The notes under the pieces were generated by a model. The model did no database searches. It worked only from the letters and a program-made list of their open reading frames with translations, and had not been told where the DNA came from. The position numbers and the translations under genes were made by a program. Below are positions 1 to 10,621 of a stretch of 64,000 nt of DNA, piece after piece. Source of the DNA: Desulfuromonadales bacterium (lineage in GTDB: Bacteria; Desulfobacterota; Desulfuromonadia; Geobacterales; Geobacteraceae); NCBI GenBank assembly GCA_003712145.1, contig RHLS01000006.1, positions 47,253 through 111,252 of the forward strand. Direction: 5' to 3'. How positions within the stretch are numbered: the stretch's first letter is position 1; the number at the start of each line of letters is the position of its first letter.

Positions 1-491
1 AGGAGCTTGGGTTTCCAGCGCTGCAACGTCTCCATCTCGCCAGCCAGGTTGTCCATGCCGGTCCGGAAGAGATCGATCTTCACCACATCGACGATGTCGT
101 AGAGGGGCTCGTAGACCGGCTCGTAGACATGGTCGTCCAAAGCGAGGGAAAACCCCTTTTTCTTCAGCTCTTGACAGCGCTCGATGACCGTATCGGTGAT
201 GGGGACATGTTCGAGGAGCTCGAGAATCACCTGATCGGGAGGAAGGAGCTCTACCGCCTCGCTCATGAGGACGTCGGCGTTGATGTTGATGAACCCCTTG
301 TGCTTGCCGAGAATCTCCCGGAAGCCGAAACTGGAGAGGGCGTCGAAGATGACGCTGGCGCTTGCCTGGAGGTAATCGGTGACGTTGGCGTGAAGGGTGT
401 CGGCGGAGCGGAAGAGGAGCTCGAATCCGTAAAGCTTTTCCTCCCGATCGAGGATCGGCTGCCTGCCGAGAAAGAATTTTTCTTCTGCCAT
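1..491 (-). CDS. EAL-domain (EAL/HDOD, YuxH/CdgJ-like) protein, 5' part; runs off the window edge
   Basis: Manual translation from ATG at 491: MAEEKFFLGRQPILDREEKLYGFELLFRS...LELLE...FSLALDD...VVKIDL, typical of a modified EAL domain. Not in the ORF track because it is truncated. Confidence 0.8.
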   Translation of the reverse strand, partial: MAEEKFFLGRQPILDREEKLYGFELLFRSADTLHANVTDYLQASASVIFDALSSFGFREILGKHKGFININADVLMSEAVELLPPDQVILELLEHVPITDTVIERCQELKKKGFSLALDDHVYEPVYEPLYDIVDVVKIDLFRTGMDNLAGEMETLQRWKPKL

Positions 492-587
492 GCAATTCAC
501 TCCACGCTGTTTTTTCAGCCGGTTACCAGCATACCTGCGGTGAAGCAAAGCCGCAAGGAGAAAAGGCCATGACCCGGGACAAGCCCC

Positions 588-1655
588 TCACCCGCAGATC
601 CGGAGGACGTCGGCCGCGATGGCCTCCAGGGACAGCACCTTCGTCACGCCACCCCGCTTGACGGCTTCATTGGGCATGCCGAAGACGACGCAACTGGCCT
701 CGTCCTGGGCGATGGTGATGGCCCCCGCATCCTTCATCTCCCGCATGCCGCTGGCGCCGTCGTCCCCCATGCCGGTCATGATGACCCCCACGGCGTTCTT
801 GCCGGCATAGCGGGCCGCCGAGCGGAAGAGGACATCCAGCGAGGGGCGATGGCGCGAGACCAGCGGACCGTCCTTGATCTCCACGTAGTAGCGGGCTCCG
901 CTGCGCTTGAGCAACGTGTGCCGGTTGCCGGGGGCGATGAGCGCCCTCCCCCGGATGACCGTGTCGTTGTCGGCCGCCTCCTTGACGGAGATGCGGCAGA
1001 TGCCGTCGAGCCTCTGGGCGAAAGCCCGGGTGAACCCCTCGGGCATGTGCTGGACGATGACGATGGGCGGGCAGTCGGCCGGGAACGCCTCCAGAAAGAC
1101 CCGCAGGGCCTCGGTTCCACCCGTGGAGGCACCCACCACGACGATCTTTTCCGTTGTTTGAATCATGGCATGGGAGCCGGGCTTCTCCAGGATCACGTCG
1201 GCCGACAGCTTGGGGGCGATCTCCTTTGAGATACGCGGCGTGATCTTCCTGATCCGCGCCTGGCTCGCGGCCTTGACGGCGTCGCAGATCCGGACCCGTG
1301 ACTCCTCCAGGAACTGCTTCGTGCCGAGCTTGGGCTTCTGGATGATCTCGATGGCACCGTACTCCAGGGCCTTCATGGCAGTCTCCGACCCTCCCTCGGT
1401 CAGGGTGGAGCACATGACCACCGGGATCGGATGCTGGCTCATGATCTTGCGGAGGAAGGTGATGCCGTCCATGCGCGGCATCTCCACATCCAGCGTGATG
1501 ACGTCGGGGACCTCCTCCCGCATCCGCTCGGCGGCGATGAAGGGATCGCCCGCCGGGGCCATGACCTCAATCTGGGGGTCCGAGGCGAGGATCTCCGCCA
1601 TGGTCTGCCGGACCACGGCGGAATCATCGACGATGAGTACCTTTATCTTTTTCAT
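588..1655 (-). CDS. cheB: Chemotaxis response regulator protein-glutamate methylesterase
   Basis: N-terminal receiver (VLIVDDS, TLDVEMP) plus methylesterase motifs GASTGG, VQHMP and GMGDDGA. Confidence 0.97.
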   Translation of the reverse strand: MKKIKVLIVDDSAVVRQTMAEILASDPQIEVMAPAGDPFIAAERMREEVPDVITLDVEMPRMDGITFLRKIMSQHPIPVVMCSTLTEGGSETAMKALEYGAIEIIQKPKLGTKQFLEESRVRICDAVKAASQARIRKITPRISKEIAPKLSADVILEKPGSHAMIQTTEKIVVVGASTGGTEALRVFLEAFPADCPPIVIVQHMPEGFTRAFAQRLDGICRISVKEAADNDTVIRGRALIAPGNRHTLLKRSGARYYVEIKDGPLVSRHRPSLDVLFRSAARYAGKNAVGVIMTGMGDDGASGMREMKDAGAITIAQDEASCVVFGMPNEAVKRGGVTKVLSLEAIAADVLRICG

Positions 1656-1698
1656 GGCTATCCCTGCCTTCAGTAGTTCCGTACGGGAGCGTAGTCCC

Positions 1699-2199
1699 TC
1701 AACGCGGCCATTGCTGGACGACAGTATCCTCTCCGCCCCTCAACCGCCGGAGAAGGACTTCTCCGGTGCCGGTGTGGAACAGGAGCTTACGACCGCGTGT
1801 TCCCCCCACGTCGGAAACCGTCACGTCGAGCCCCTCGGCCTCGAGCACCTGGGCCGCTATCTGCACGTTGCGCCGCCCCACGCCGAGCCTGCTTCCGCCC
1901 ACGGCCATCATGTCGGCCCCGCCGAAAACCTTGACCTCCAGGGATCTCCGCGGGATGCCCGAGAAAGAAAACATTTCAAGCATGTGGACAATGGACGTAT
2001 CAACGTAGCGGAAGGCATCGGACCGCGGCCCCTCGGGGAGCAGCGCGTGGCAGATGGCGGCGGAGCCGGTGGCGCGGGAAAACATGGTGACCGACACGCA
2101 GGAGCCGAGCACCGTGGTCACCACGGTGGGACTCGTGGCAAAGTGGATTTCCCCCGGCTTGAGATAGACCCGCGGGATATCCGGGTGAAGCGCAGTCAT
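1699..2199 (-). CDS. cheD: Chemoreceptor glutamine deamidase CheD
   Basis: [14 protein letters not shown] and KVFGGA motifs; between cheR and cheB. Confidence 0.93.
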   Translation of the reverse strand: MTALHPDIPRVYLKPGEIHFATSPTVVTTVLGSCVSVTMFSRATGSAAICHALLPEGPRSDAFRYVDTSIVHMLEMFSFSGIPRRSLEVKVFGGADMMAVGGSRLGVGRRNVQIAAQVLEAEGLDVTVSDVGGTRGRKLLFHTGTGEVLLRRLRGGEDTVVQQWPR

Positions 2200-3065
2200 A
2201 GGGGCTTTCGGTAGACGGTGGAGGCAACCTGCACCAAGGGAACATCGAGCCCCGAGAGTGTCTCCGAGTGTCCCATGAAGAGGTAGCCGCCGGGGATCAG
2301 GTGTCGGCAGAACCGTTTGAGCAGTCGTTCCTGGGTCTGCTTGTCGAAGTAGATGATGACGTTGCGGCAGAAGATGACATCCATCTGCTCGCGCAGACCA
2401 TAATCGCCATCCATGAAATTGAGGCGCCGGAACCGGATCCGGCTGCGCAGTTCGGGAATGATCCGCACGAACCCCCGCTGCCCGTCCTTACCCCGCAGGA
2501 GATACTTCCGCTTGAGCGCAAGAGGCACCGGCTCGACCCGCTCTTCGTCGTAGATGGCGAGCTTCGCCTTTTCCAGGACCGTCGTGCAGATGTCGGTGGC
2601 CAGGATGGAGAAGCCGAAACCGGGATTCTGCTCGGCGAATTCCGTCAGCACCATGGCCAGGGTGTAGGGCTCTTCGCCGCTGGAGCAGCCGGCGCTCCAG
2701 ATGGCCAGGGGGGAGCGGAAACCGGTCCCTGCGCTGCCAATCAGCTCCGGCAGTGCCCGGGACACCAGGATATCGAAGTGGGCCGGCTCACGGAAGAAGT
2801 CGGTCTTGTTGGTGGTCACCACGTCGATCAGGTGGACCAACTCCTGCTCGGCCCCCTCGCGACTGAAGATGAAATCGGCGTACTCATGAAAGCCCCCGAT
2901 ACCCAGCTTGCGGAGCCGCTTCTGGAGCCGCGCCTCAAGCATGGTCTTCTTGGCCGGCGGCATCTTGATGCCGCACTGGTCATAGATGAAATCGGAGAAA
3001 CGGGCAAACTCCCGGTCGGTCATGGCGGCGGTGGCGTGATGACTGTCTATGGCTGCTGTGAACAT
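2196..3065 (-). CDS. cheR: Chemotaxis protein methyltransferase CheR
   Basis: TTNKTDFFRE, IWSAGCSSGEEPYT, DVIFCRNVIIYF and GHSETL motifs; start may be 3023. Confidence 0.97.
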   Translation of the reverse strand: MFTAAIDSHHATAAMTDREFARFSDFIYDQCGIKMPPAKKTMLEARLQKRLRKLGIGGFHEYADFIFSREGAEQELVHLIDVVTTNKTDFFREPAHFDILVSRALPELIGSAGTGFRSPLAIWSAGCSSGEEPYTLAMVLTEFAEQNPGFGFSILATDICTTVLEKAKLAIYDEERVEPVPLALKRKYLLRGKDGQRGFVRIIPELRSRIRFRRLNFMDGDYGLREQMDVIFCRNVIIYFDKQTQERLLKRFCRHLIPGGYLFMGHSETLSGLDVPLVQVASTVYRKPL

Positions 3066-3101
3066 TCAGCGTTTCCTCGTCCTGTCTCCCGGTTCCGGCC
3101 C

Positions 3102-3596
3102 TCAGGCCGCCTCGCCGACCACACCGCCGGCGGCTGCAAGGTCGTCGCCGGAGAAGGTCCTGTCGATGTCGAGGATCATGATGAACTGGCCATCATGCTT
3201 TCCCATTCCCTGGATGAAGTCGGTGTTGAGCCTGGTGCCGATCTTCGGTGCCGGCTCGATGTCACCCGGCTCAAGCTCGAAGACCTCCTGCACCGAATCG
3301 GCCAGGGCGCCGAGAACGATGATTTCCTCCTCGTGCAGCACCTCCACCACGATGATGCAGGTGTCAACCGTCTTCTCCGTCTCAGCCATGCCGAATTTCA
3401 GCCGCATGTCCATCACCGGCACCACGCTTCCCCGAAGGTTGATAACGCCCCGCATGAAATCGGGAGTACGGGGGACCTTGGTGATGGAGGTGAACTCCAG
3501 GATCTCGCGGACTTTCGCCACGTCAACGGCAAAGGTTTCCTCCGCCAGGGTGAAGGTCAGATACTGCCGGGTTTCAGTTATTGCCGCAACGCTCAT
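3102..3596 (-). CDS. cheW: Chemotaxis coupling protein CheW (copy 1)
   Basis: QYLTF...VREILE...GVINLRGSVVPVMDMR; start set at ATG 3596 after a GGAGG-like RBS. Confidence 0.95.
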   Translation of the reverse strand: MSVAAITETRQYLTFTLAEETFAVDVAKVREILEFTSITKVPRTPDFMRGVINLRGSVVPVMDMRLKFGMAETEKTVDTCIIVVEVLHEEEIIVLGALADSVQEVFELEPGDIEPAPKIGTRLNTDFIQGMGKHDGQFIMILDIDRTFSGDDLAAAGGVVGEAA

Positions 3597-3631
3597 GGCA
3601 CCCTCCCGTTGTTTGTTCGCACTCATGTATC

Positions 3632-3658
3632 ATATCGGCACCATCTGGGGATTCTTTA
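3632..3658 (-). promoter_or_regulatory. Sigma28 (FliA)-type promoter upstream of cheW-cheR-cheD-cheB
   Basis: Minus strand reads TAAA-N15-GCCGATAT, matching the TAAA-N15-GCCGATAA consensus. Confidence 0.75.
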
Positions 3659-3704
3659 CCATTGTCGGGAAATCCCTGAACAGGTCTCGCTGGTTTCCTG
3701 AATA

Positions 3705-3736
3705 ACGAAACGCCGCACAAGAGCGCGGCGTTTCGT
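3705..3736 (-). terminator. Hairpin after the MCP gene (probable intrinsic terminator)
   Basis: ACGAAACGCCGC-N8-GCGGCGTTTCGT inverted repeat. Confidence 0.6.
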
Positions 3737-3769
3737 CCATGCATCACGTTTTCCCATCCCGCAGACGCG

Positions 3770-5851
3770 CTAGAACTTCTCGAACTCCTGATCCAGGCCG
3801 TCCTGGCCATCCAGGTCCAGGTGGACGCCGGCGCCGGCAGCCGCCCTGCGTTCCTTGTGGTGGTAGCCGTTGGCGTGGGCCTGAACCGCCGGTTGATTCT
3901 TCTGGGTCCGGGCGATCGGAGCCGTCCGCCGTACCCCTGCCGTTGGACCGTCCACCCGGAAGAAGGCGATGGTGTCCTGGAGCTGCTCGGCCTGGGAGGA
4001 AAGTTCTTCGGCGGTGGAGGCCATCTCCTCGGACGCGCCGGCATTCTGCTGGATCACCTGGTCCAACTGCTGGATCGCCTTGTTGATCTGCTCGGCGCCG
4101 GTGTCCTGCTCGCGGCTGGCGGCGCTGATCTCCTGCACCAGTTCGGCGGTCCGCTGGATGTCGGGAAGAATGCGGCCAAGCATTTCGCCCGCCTTCTCGG
4201 CCACCTCGACGCTGGAGGCGGAGAGGTGACTGATCTCGCCGGCCGCCTTCTGGCTCCGCTCGGCCAGCTTCCTGACCTCGGCGGCCACCACGGCGAATCC
4301 TTTGCCGTGCTCGCCGGCCCGGGCCGCCTCGATGGCGGCGTTGAGAGCAAGGAGATTCGTCTGACGGGCGATCTCCTCGATGATGGATATTTTGCCGGCA
4401 ATCTCCCTCATGGCCGTCACTGTCTCGGTCACCGCCTTGCCGCTCAGCTTGGCGTCGTCGGCTGCCTTGAGGGCGATCCGCTCGGTCTGGATGGCGTTGT
4501 CGGCGTTCTGCCGGATATTGGCGCTCATCTGCTCCATGGAGCTGGACGCCTCCTCGGCGGCCGCGGCCTGCTCGGTGGCCCCCTGGGACATCTCCTCGGA
4601 GCTGGAGGAGAGTTGCTGGCTGCCGGATGCCACGTTGTCGGCAGCGGATTTCACATCCTTCACCACGTTGGCAAGCACGTGGACCATGGCTGCCAGTGCC
4701 TTCATCAGCTCATCCTGGGGCGAGCGCTCCTTCACCTCCACGGCAAGATTGCCCCCCGCGATCTCCTGCGCCATGGTTGTCACCTTCTCCATGGCATCGA
4801 TGAGCGTGTTGAGGCTGTTCTTGATCTCGTTGAAGTCGCCCCGGTAGGTATCGGTGATCCGCGGCGGCAGATCCCCCTTGCTGATCCGGTCCACATAGCC
4901 GGCGGCCACGGTCAGGGGCCCGACCACCGCGTCGAGGGTGTCATTGATCCCCTTGACGATGGTGCAGAACTCGCCGCTGTGCCGCGCGGTGTCTGCCCTG
5001 ACGGAAAGGTTTCCCTCCACCGCCGCCCGGGAGAGGGTATCGATGTCGCCCATGATCGCCTTGAGCCGCTCCACCATGTTCCCCATGGCGGTCAGAAGCT
5101 GCCCGGTTTCGTCGCCGGAAGTGACCGTGATCGTCTTGCTGAGATCGCCGGCGGCGATATGCCCGGCCAGATCCACCGCCTCATTCAGGGCGAGCTTTAT
5201 CTTGCGGGCCACCACGTAGGCGATGACGAAGATCAGCAGGGCGCAGAGGATGGCGGCGATGGTGATCTGCCACTTGATCTTCGCCATCTGCGCCTCCACG
5301 TCATCCACATAGATGCCGCTGCCGACGACCCAGCCCCAGTCTTTCTCGAACTTGACATAGGAGAGCTTGGGCACCGGCTTGCTCGACCCCGCCTTGGGCC
5401 ACATGTAGTTGACGAAGCCCGTCCCCTTGTCCTTGGCCACGGCGGCGAATTCCACGAAGATATGCTTCCCGTTCGGGTCCTTCATGTCGGCAACGTTTTT
5501 GCCGTCAAGCTCCGGCTTGATGGGGTGCATGATGATCTTTGGTTCGAGGTCGTTGATCCAGAAATACTCCCCGCCGTCGTACCGAAGGTTCTTGATGCTG
5601 GCAAGGGCCCTCTTCTGGGCCTCCGCCACGGAGAGTTCCCCACTCTTCACCCTTCCCTGGTAGCCCTCGATCAGGGTATCGACCACCTCCACGACCTTCT
5701 TGGTGGCGATCATTTTTTCGTTCATCAGATTTTTTTCCACCAGGGGCAACAGATAGAAAAAGATCCCCGACAGGACAATGGCAATGGTAACGATCGACAC
5801 TCCGAGGATTTTCGCCAGAATCTTCCAGTTGTTGAACCTAAGCCACTTCAT
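3770..5851 (-). CDS. Methyl-accepting chemotaxis protein (single Cache-2 sensor, HAMP domains, C-terminal EFEKF pentapeptide)
   Basis: Two TM segments flanking YFWIND...MHP...KLSYV Cache motifs; signalling tip [27 protein letters not shown]. Confidence 0.95.
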   Translation of the reverse strand: MKWLRFNNWKILAKILGVSIVTIAIVLSGIFFYLLPLVEKNLMNEKMIATKKVVEVVDTLIEGYQGRVKSGELSVAEAQKRALASIKNLRYDGGEYFWINDLEPKIIMHPIKPELDGKNVADMKDPNGKHIFVEFAAVAKDKGTGFVNYMWPKAGSSKPVPKLSYVKFEKDWGWVVGSGIYVDDVEAQMAKIKWQITIAAILCALLIFVIAYVVARKIKLALNEAVDLAGHIAAGDLSKTITVTSGDETGQLLTAMGNMVERLKAIMGDIDTLSRAAVEGNLSVRADTARHSGEFCTIVKGINDTLDAVVGPLTVAAGYVDRISKGDLPPRITDTYRGDFNEIKNSLNTLIDAMEKVTTMAQEIAGGNLAVEVKERSPQDELMKALAAMVHVLANVVKDVKSAADNVASGSQQLSSSSEEMSQGATEQAAAAEEASSSMEQMSANIRQNADNAIQTERIALKAADDAKLSGKAVTETVTAMREIAGKISIIEEIARQTNLLALNAAIEAARAGEHGKGFAVVAAEVRKLAERSQKAAGEISHLSASSVEVAEKAGEMLGRILPDIQRTAELVQEISAASREQDTGAEQINKAIQQLDQVIQQNAGASEEMASTAEELSSQAEQLQDTIAFFRVDGPTAGVRRTAPIARTQKNQPAVQAHANGYHHKERRAAAGAGVHLDLDGQDGLDQEFEKF

Positions 5852-5983
5852 TGTGTCCCCCTTTCGGATAGGTGCACCATATCAATGCATAGGTACTCGT
5901 TGGCGATGGAGCCAACTGCGCCCGCCGGGTCACCGGATAACCCGCTGACCGCCATCAGTAAATTCGCCCATTGCCTACTGATC

Positions 5984-6010
5984 TGATCGGCATTTCCCCG
6001 CCCGACTTTA
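5984..6010 (-). promoter_or_regulatory. Sigma28-type promoter upstream of the Cache MCP
   Basis: Minus strand TAAA-N15-GCCGATCA. Confidence 0.65.
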
Positions 6011-6067
6011 ATCATTTTTTAACTTTTAAATCGGCGTCGTCCGGTTTGGTTTTTCCTCGCCTGCTTT

Positions 6068-6152
6068 CCCCCTCTCCCTAACCCTCTCCCACCAGGGGGA
6101 GAGGGGATTATTTCCCCTCTCCCTTCGATGGGAGGGGCTGGGGGAGGGTGAA
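6068..6152. repeat. G/C-rich palindromic intergenic repeat (CCCTCTCCC...GGGAGAGGG type)
   Basis: Two hairpins (CCCTCTCCC-acca-GGGGGAGAGGG and CCCCTCTCCC-ttcgat-GGGAGGGG) plus outer complementary arms; related to the elements at 15858 and 55079. Confidence 0.7.
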
Positions 6153-6163
6153 AGGAAGTGTTT

Positions 6164-7972
6164 TTATCCCATGACCTGACCGATTTTCTCCCTGAGTGTT
6201 TCGAGCGAGAACGGCTTTCGGATAAACGAAGCGCCAGCTCCGATCACTCCCCTGTGTTCGACGATATCCGCTGAATATCCGGACATGTAGAGTACCTTTG
6301 CCTTGGGCTGATGCGGCATGACAATCGGGATCATCTCTCCGGCATTCATGGTCGGCATGATCACATCCGTCAGAATCAGGTCGATGACCGTTCCCGACCG
6401 TTGACAGATGCCGATCGCCTCCTCCGCACCTTCGGCCACGAGCACTCTAAAGCCCGAGTGCCGGAGCATTCGCGCCGTTATCTGCCGGATCGCTTCGTCG
6501 TCATCCACAAGCAGGACGGTGCCGCCTGGCGCCGCAGGCCGCGAAACCGGCGGCGTATCGGCCTCCATTCCCTCCCCGGAAAACCGGGGCAGACAGACCG
6601 AGAAAACCGTTCCCGCGCCCGGCTCGCTCTTCACGGTTATGGCACCGTCATTCTGCTGCACGATCCCGTACACCGTCGCAAGCCCCAGGCCGGTCCCCTT
6701 CCCCAGTTCCTTGGTACTGAAAAAAGGTTCGAATATGTGCTCCATGGTCTCACTATCCATGCCACTGCCCGTATCGCTCACCGTCAACAGGACAAACTCT
6801 CCCGGCACGGCACCCTGGATCTCTCCGCAGGCGGCATCATCGAGCACGACGTTCTCTGTCCCGACCGTGACGCTGCCATTTCCGGCAATCGCATCGCGGG
6901 CGTTCAGAACGAGGTTCATGAGGAGCTGGTCCATCTGAGTCGGGTCGATCCGCACTGGCCAGAGGTCAGGGCTGAGAGCCATCCGCAGACTGATATCCTC
7001 GCCAATCAGCCTGAATAGCGATTTCTCGGCACGGGAAATCAGCAGGTTAAGATCGACGCGGGTCGGCGCCACTGCCTCATTGCGCGAGAACGTCAACAAC
7101 TGCCTGGTGATGTCCCGTGAATGCTCCGCGGCCTTGATGATCTCCTCGAGCTGATCCGCGGCATCCTCCTGCCCCAGGCCGCCAGATCTGAGCAGTTGGG
7201 CATAGCCGAGAATGACCGTGAGCTTGTTGTTGTAGTCATGGGCCACTCCGCCCGCCAGCCGGCCGACGGCTTCCATCTTCTGTGCCTGGCCCTGCTGCTG
7301 GTACGCAACGGCAAGGTATTCCCTCATTTCGTTGAAGGCATCCACCAGTGCATCGATCTCGTCGCCGTAGTGGGGTTTTTCCAGATGGAGGGGGCGTTTC
7401 ACCCGGGCAATATCCAGAGAGGTGAAATAGGTGGCGGCGGCCACAAGATGGCGGGTTACCTGCCGCTCGAAGAGCATGAAGGCGAAGAGCATCACGATAA
7501 TGATGGTCGTCGTCTGAACAGCCAGGGTGACCACCGCAGTGGCCAGCGCCTGTCGAAGGATGAGCAACCGGTCAAGCTCGATGTACAGGCTGCCCACGGG
7601 CACCTGACGGCCGTTGTACTCCGTCGACAGCGTCACTGTCCGGACGTCGACGTACCGCTCCCTTCTGGCGCCGGATTCCATGATGACTTTGCCCTGATCG
7701 AGGATGGCAACGTAGCTGATGAAGGGGTAGTTTCGTATACCCTCCATCTGTGCCGCGATCTGCTGCCGGTCAAAACTCCAGAGCGCGGCAGTGATGCCCG
7801 CATGCTGGGTCTTTTCGAGCAACTCGACTGATTTCCTGAGCGACTCCGCGCTGCGACGGTACTCGATGGCGGTAAGAACGGCTGAAAAGACGACACTGAG
7901 CGCCAGCGCCAGAAGGACTGCCTGCCTGAAGAGACGCGCGCCGATTCTGTTTCGGGGAGCAAAGAACGACAT
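6164..7972 (-). CDS. Membrane hybrid sensor histidine kinase (periplasmic domain, HAMP-like, HisKA, HATPase, receiver)
   Basis: LAGGVAHDYNN H-box, N-box NARDA, FEPFFSTK..GKGTGLGL, C-terminal receiver. Confidence 0.93.
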   Translation of the reverse strand: MSFFAPRNRIGARLFRQAVLLALALSVVFSAVLTAIEYRRSAESLRKSVELLEKTQHAGITAALWSFDRQQIAAQMEGIRNYPFISYVAILDQGKVIMESGARRERYVDVRTVTLSTEYNGRQVPVGSLYIELDRLLILRQALATAVVTLAVQTTTIIIVMLFAFMLFERQVTRHLVAAATYFTSLDIARVKRPLHLEKPHYGDEIDALVDAFNEMREYLAVAYQQQGQAQKMEAVGRLAGGVAHDYNNKLTVILGYAQLLRSGGLGQEDAADQLEEIIKAAEHSRDITRQLLTFSRNEAVAPTRVDLNLLISRAEKSLFRLIGEDISLRMALSPDLWPVRIDPTQMDQLLMNLVLNARDAIAGNGSVTVGTENVVLDDAACGEIQGAVPGEFVLLTVSDTGSGMDSETMEHIFEPFFSTKELGKGTGLGLATVYGIVQQNDGAITVKSEPGAGTVFSVCLPRFSGEGMEADTPPVSRPAAPGGTVLLVDDDEAIRQITARMLRHSGFRVLVAEGAEEAIGICQRSGTVIDLILTDVIMPTMNAGEMIPIVMPHQPKAKVLYMSGYSADIVEHRGVIGAGASFIRKPFSLETLREKIGQVMG

Positions 7973-7975
7973 GGC

Positions 7976-8695
7976 CTACCGTGCGGTTCCCTGCACCGAC
8001 GACATGATCCACCGCACCGTCCCGTCCTGCTTCATCCGCCTGAGGGCCTCCGCCATTCTGGGGACGAGCGGTGAGTATTTCCGGTTGAGGTAGAGATACA
8101 TCGCTCGTCGGGCCAGGGGGGGATTGAGGGGGATGATCTCTTTTTCCTTCGTCCTCTTCAGGTACGCCTCCCCCTGGAGCCGTTCGAAAATAATGAGATC
8201 GGCCCGGTCGCTTCGCAGCAACGCGAAGAGCGCATCGTCATCCTTTACCCTTGTCAGGGATTTCACGTCCTTCACATTTTCCTCGAGTATTTTCCAGCCG
8301 GTGATGTAGCCCACATTCCAGGGCCTGAGGCTTTCCCACCCGGCGACCCTGACGCCGCTATCCTTCGCGAACACCGTGAATTCATACTCGCAGATCGATT
8401 CCGGCACCATCACCAGGTTGGGGTATTTTTTTTCGAGCCCCGCGATCCTGAGGTATTCGCCATCCACAATCCCTTCATCCGCATTGACCAGGGAACGCTC
8501 GGAGGGAGCATAGAGAATCCTGACCTTCACTCCGGCGCGACGACAAGCCTCCCGGATGATCCGGTCGGCAAGACCGTCTCCGTCAGGGGTCGAGTAGGGG
8601 GCCGCGTCGGCGGCACTCAGACTGATAACCCTGCCATGGGCGGCATGGGTGAACAGCACCATGGTGGACAGAACCAGAAAGAAAAGCAGGCGCAT
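7976..8695 (-). CDS. Periplasmic substrate-binding protein (family 3-like)
   Basis: Signal peptide; PY..GDGLADRII.EA and LRSDRADLII patterns; 3 bp upstream of the kinase, with no permease nearby. Confidence 0.8.
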   Translation of the reverse strand: MRLLFFLVLSTMVLFTHAAHGRVISLSAADAAPYSTPDGDGLADRIIREACRRAGVKVRILYAPSERSLVNADEGIVDGEYLRIAGLEKKYPNLVMVPESICEYEFTVFAKDSGVRVAGWESLRPWNVGYITGWKILEENVKDVKSLTRVKDDDALFALLRSDRADLIIFERLQGEAYLKRTKEKEIIPLNPPLARRAMYLYLNRKYSPLVPRMAEALRRMKQDGTVRWIMSSVQGTAR

Positions 8696-8719
8696 GGGGC
8701 AACTCCTGACTCAGGCCCG

Positions 8720-9940
8720 TCACGGCGTCACCGCGACGGCCTCCTTGACCCACAGGGTACACCGGAAGGCCGACCCTCCCGGCGGGTTCGGCGCCACCTG
8801 CACTTCACCGCCAGCCATCTCGGCGTAGCGCTTCACGATGCTGAGCCCCAGGCCAGTGCCCTCATAATGCCGGGTGAACGAGCCGTCAACCTGGCTGAAC
8901 GGTTCAAAGATCCGCTCGCGCCAGGCTTCGGGCACGCCGACTCCCGAATCCGTAACAGAAAGGACAAGCAAGATGTTCTCGCCTGCCTTGAGTTGAACAG
9001 AGATATCAACGGCAACGGAGCCCGCCGGCGTGAATTTGACGGCGTTGTCGGTCAGGTGGCCCAGAATCCCGGCAAACCCCTCCCGGCTGCCCACAACAGC
9101 CTCCGGGACGGCATCGCTGACACACCAGGAGAACGAGAGACCCAGCCTGCGGCACTCCTCGGCCAGGTCCAGCGCGACGCACTGACACTCTTCCCGTGGG
9201 CTGAACGTGCCATCCGCCACATGGGGCGAATCGCCGCAGATCCGGGAATAGGTCATGATGCCGTCCATGACCCGCGTGAGCCGCAGGGCGGAATCCCTCG
9301 CATAGCCGAGGTAGGATGCGCGTTCGTCCTGATCCACCGTTTCCCGGGCGAGATCGATCATTCCCACTATCCCGTTGACCGGGGTCCTGACTTCATGGCT
9401 CATGGTGGAGATAAAACGGGACTTCAGACGAAGCGCATCCTCAGCCCGTTCCTTGGCAAGCCGTAACTCCTCCATCCGCTCCCTCAACTCCAGGGTGCGC
9501 GCCCGGACCATTTCTTCCAGGGCCGCCTTGTAGTCCCGTTCGATCTGGAGGGCGGTCCGGTGCCGTATCGCCTTCCCGACAGTGATCGTGAAGTACTCGA
9601 AATCGAGGGGCTTGGTGATGAAATCGAACGCACCGCGCTTGATCGCCGTGATGGCCGTGCCGATGTCCGCATACCCCGTCATCAGGACGACCGGCAGGTC
9701 CTGGTCAATCTGCCGTGCCTGCGCCAGAAGATCGAGCCCGGACATCTCGGGCATCATGATGTCGGTCACCAGGCCGTGGAACCTGTTTTCCTTCAGAAGG
9801 GAAATGGCCTCGAAGGGATTGACCGTCGGGGTGACGTGGTACCCCGCCGTGCGGAGGAAGGCTGCTATGGTGCCAAGAACCGCATGGTCATCATCGACCA
9901 GAAGTATTGCCTGCCCAACAGAAGCACTCGTCATGAACAC
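8720..9940 (-). CDS. Receiver-histidine kinase hybrid (REC-HisKA-HATPase)
   Basis: ILLVDDD/TDIMMP receiver; FISTMSHEVRTP H-box; NAVKFT; GTGLGLSI. Confidence 0.92.
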   Translation of the reverse strand: MFMTSASVGQAILLVDDDHAVLGTIAAFLRTAGYHVTPTVNPFEAISLLKENRFHGLVTDIMMPEMSGLDLLAQARQIDQDLPVVLMTGYADIGTAITAIKRGAFDFITKPLDFEYFTITVGKAIRHRTALQIERDYKAALEEMVRARTLELRERMEELRLAKERAEDALRLKSRFISTMSHEVRTPVNGIVGMIDLARETVDQDERASYLGYARDSALRLTRVMDGIMTYSRICGDSPHVADGTFSPREECQCVALDLAEECRRLGLSFSWCVSDAVPEAVVGSREGFAGILGHLTDNAVKFTPAGSVAVDISVQLKAGENILLVLSVTDSGVGVPEAWRERIFEPFSQVDGSFTRHYEGTGLGLSIVKRYAEMAGGEVQVAPNPPGGSAFRCTLWVKEAVAVTP

Positions 9941-9975
9941 CGCCTCGCGTAGTATACAAAAATCCCTCCCTACCT

Positions 9976-10002
9976 CTATCGTCAGTTATGGGAGATCCTT
10001 AA
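9976..10002 (-). promoter_or_regulatory. Possible sigma28-type promoter
   Basis: Minus strand TTAAG-N14-GACGATAG, the same spacing as the other sites but more degenerate. Confidence 0.4.
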
Positions 10003-10031
10003 GGGATTTGGTGAAAATATTTCGCGGGCCG

Positions 10032-10081
10032 AAAAAAAGCACCCCATCCGCCGGGTCGTACAGGGCCGGCGGATGGGGTGC
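10032..10081 (-). terminator. Intrinsic terminator after cheW copy 2
   Basis: 16-bp stem GCACCCCATCCGCCGG/CCGGCGGATGGGGTGC followed by a T-run on the minus strand. Confidence 0.75.
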
Positions 10082-10111
10082 GCAAGGTGGGGAAAATAGT
10101 ATTCCTCCCCG

Positions 10112-10612
10112 TCAGCCGTTGACCACCTCACCGATCGGATCGGCCATAACGGCAAGATCATCGCCACTGAACACCCGGTCGATGTCCAGGATGATGATGA
10201 ACTGCTCCCCGTGTCTCCCCATCCCCATGATGAACGTGGTGTCCAGCTTCGTGCCGATCCGCGGGGCCGGCTCGATACTGTCCGGCTCCAGCTCGAATAC
10301 CTCCTGCACCGAATCGGCCAGCATCCCCAGCACGATGGTCTCGTCGCCCGAGGCGATCTCCACCATGATGATACAGGTGTTGACGGTCCGCTCCGTTTCG
10401 GCCATGCCGAACTTGAGCCGCATGTCCATAACCGGCACCACGCTCCCCCGCAGGTTGATGACGCCCCGCATGAACCGCGGCGTCTGGGGAACCTTCGTGA
10501 TGGTGGTGAACTCCAGGATTTCCCGCACCTTGGCCACGTCCACCGCGAAGATCTCGTCATCCAGGCTGAAGGTCAGGTACTGCCGGGTTTCCGTTATTGC
10601 TGATACCGCCAT
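10112..10612 (-). CDS. cheW: Chemotaxis coupling protein CheW (copy 2)
   Basis: Highly similar to copy 1 (AITETRQYLTF, GVINLRGSVVPVMDMRLKFGMAETE). Confidence 0.95.
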   Translation of the reverse strand: MAVSAITETRQYLTFSLDDEIFAVDVAKVREILEFTTITKVPQTPRFMRGVINLRGSVVPVMDMRLKFGMAETERTVNTCIIMVEIASGDETIVLGMLADSVQEVFELEPDSIEPAPRIGTKLDTTFIMGMGRHGEQFIIILDIDRVFSGDDLAVMADPIGEVVNG

Positions 10613-10621
10613 GGTGGCCTC

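Noticed and set aside
129-572. 147-aa plus-strand ORF
   Set aside because: Antisense to the EAL-domain gene that starts at 491 on the minus strand
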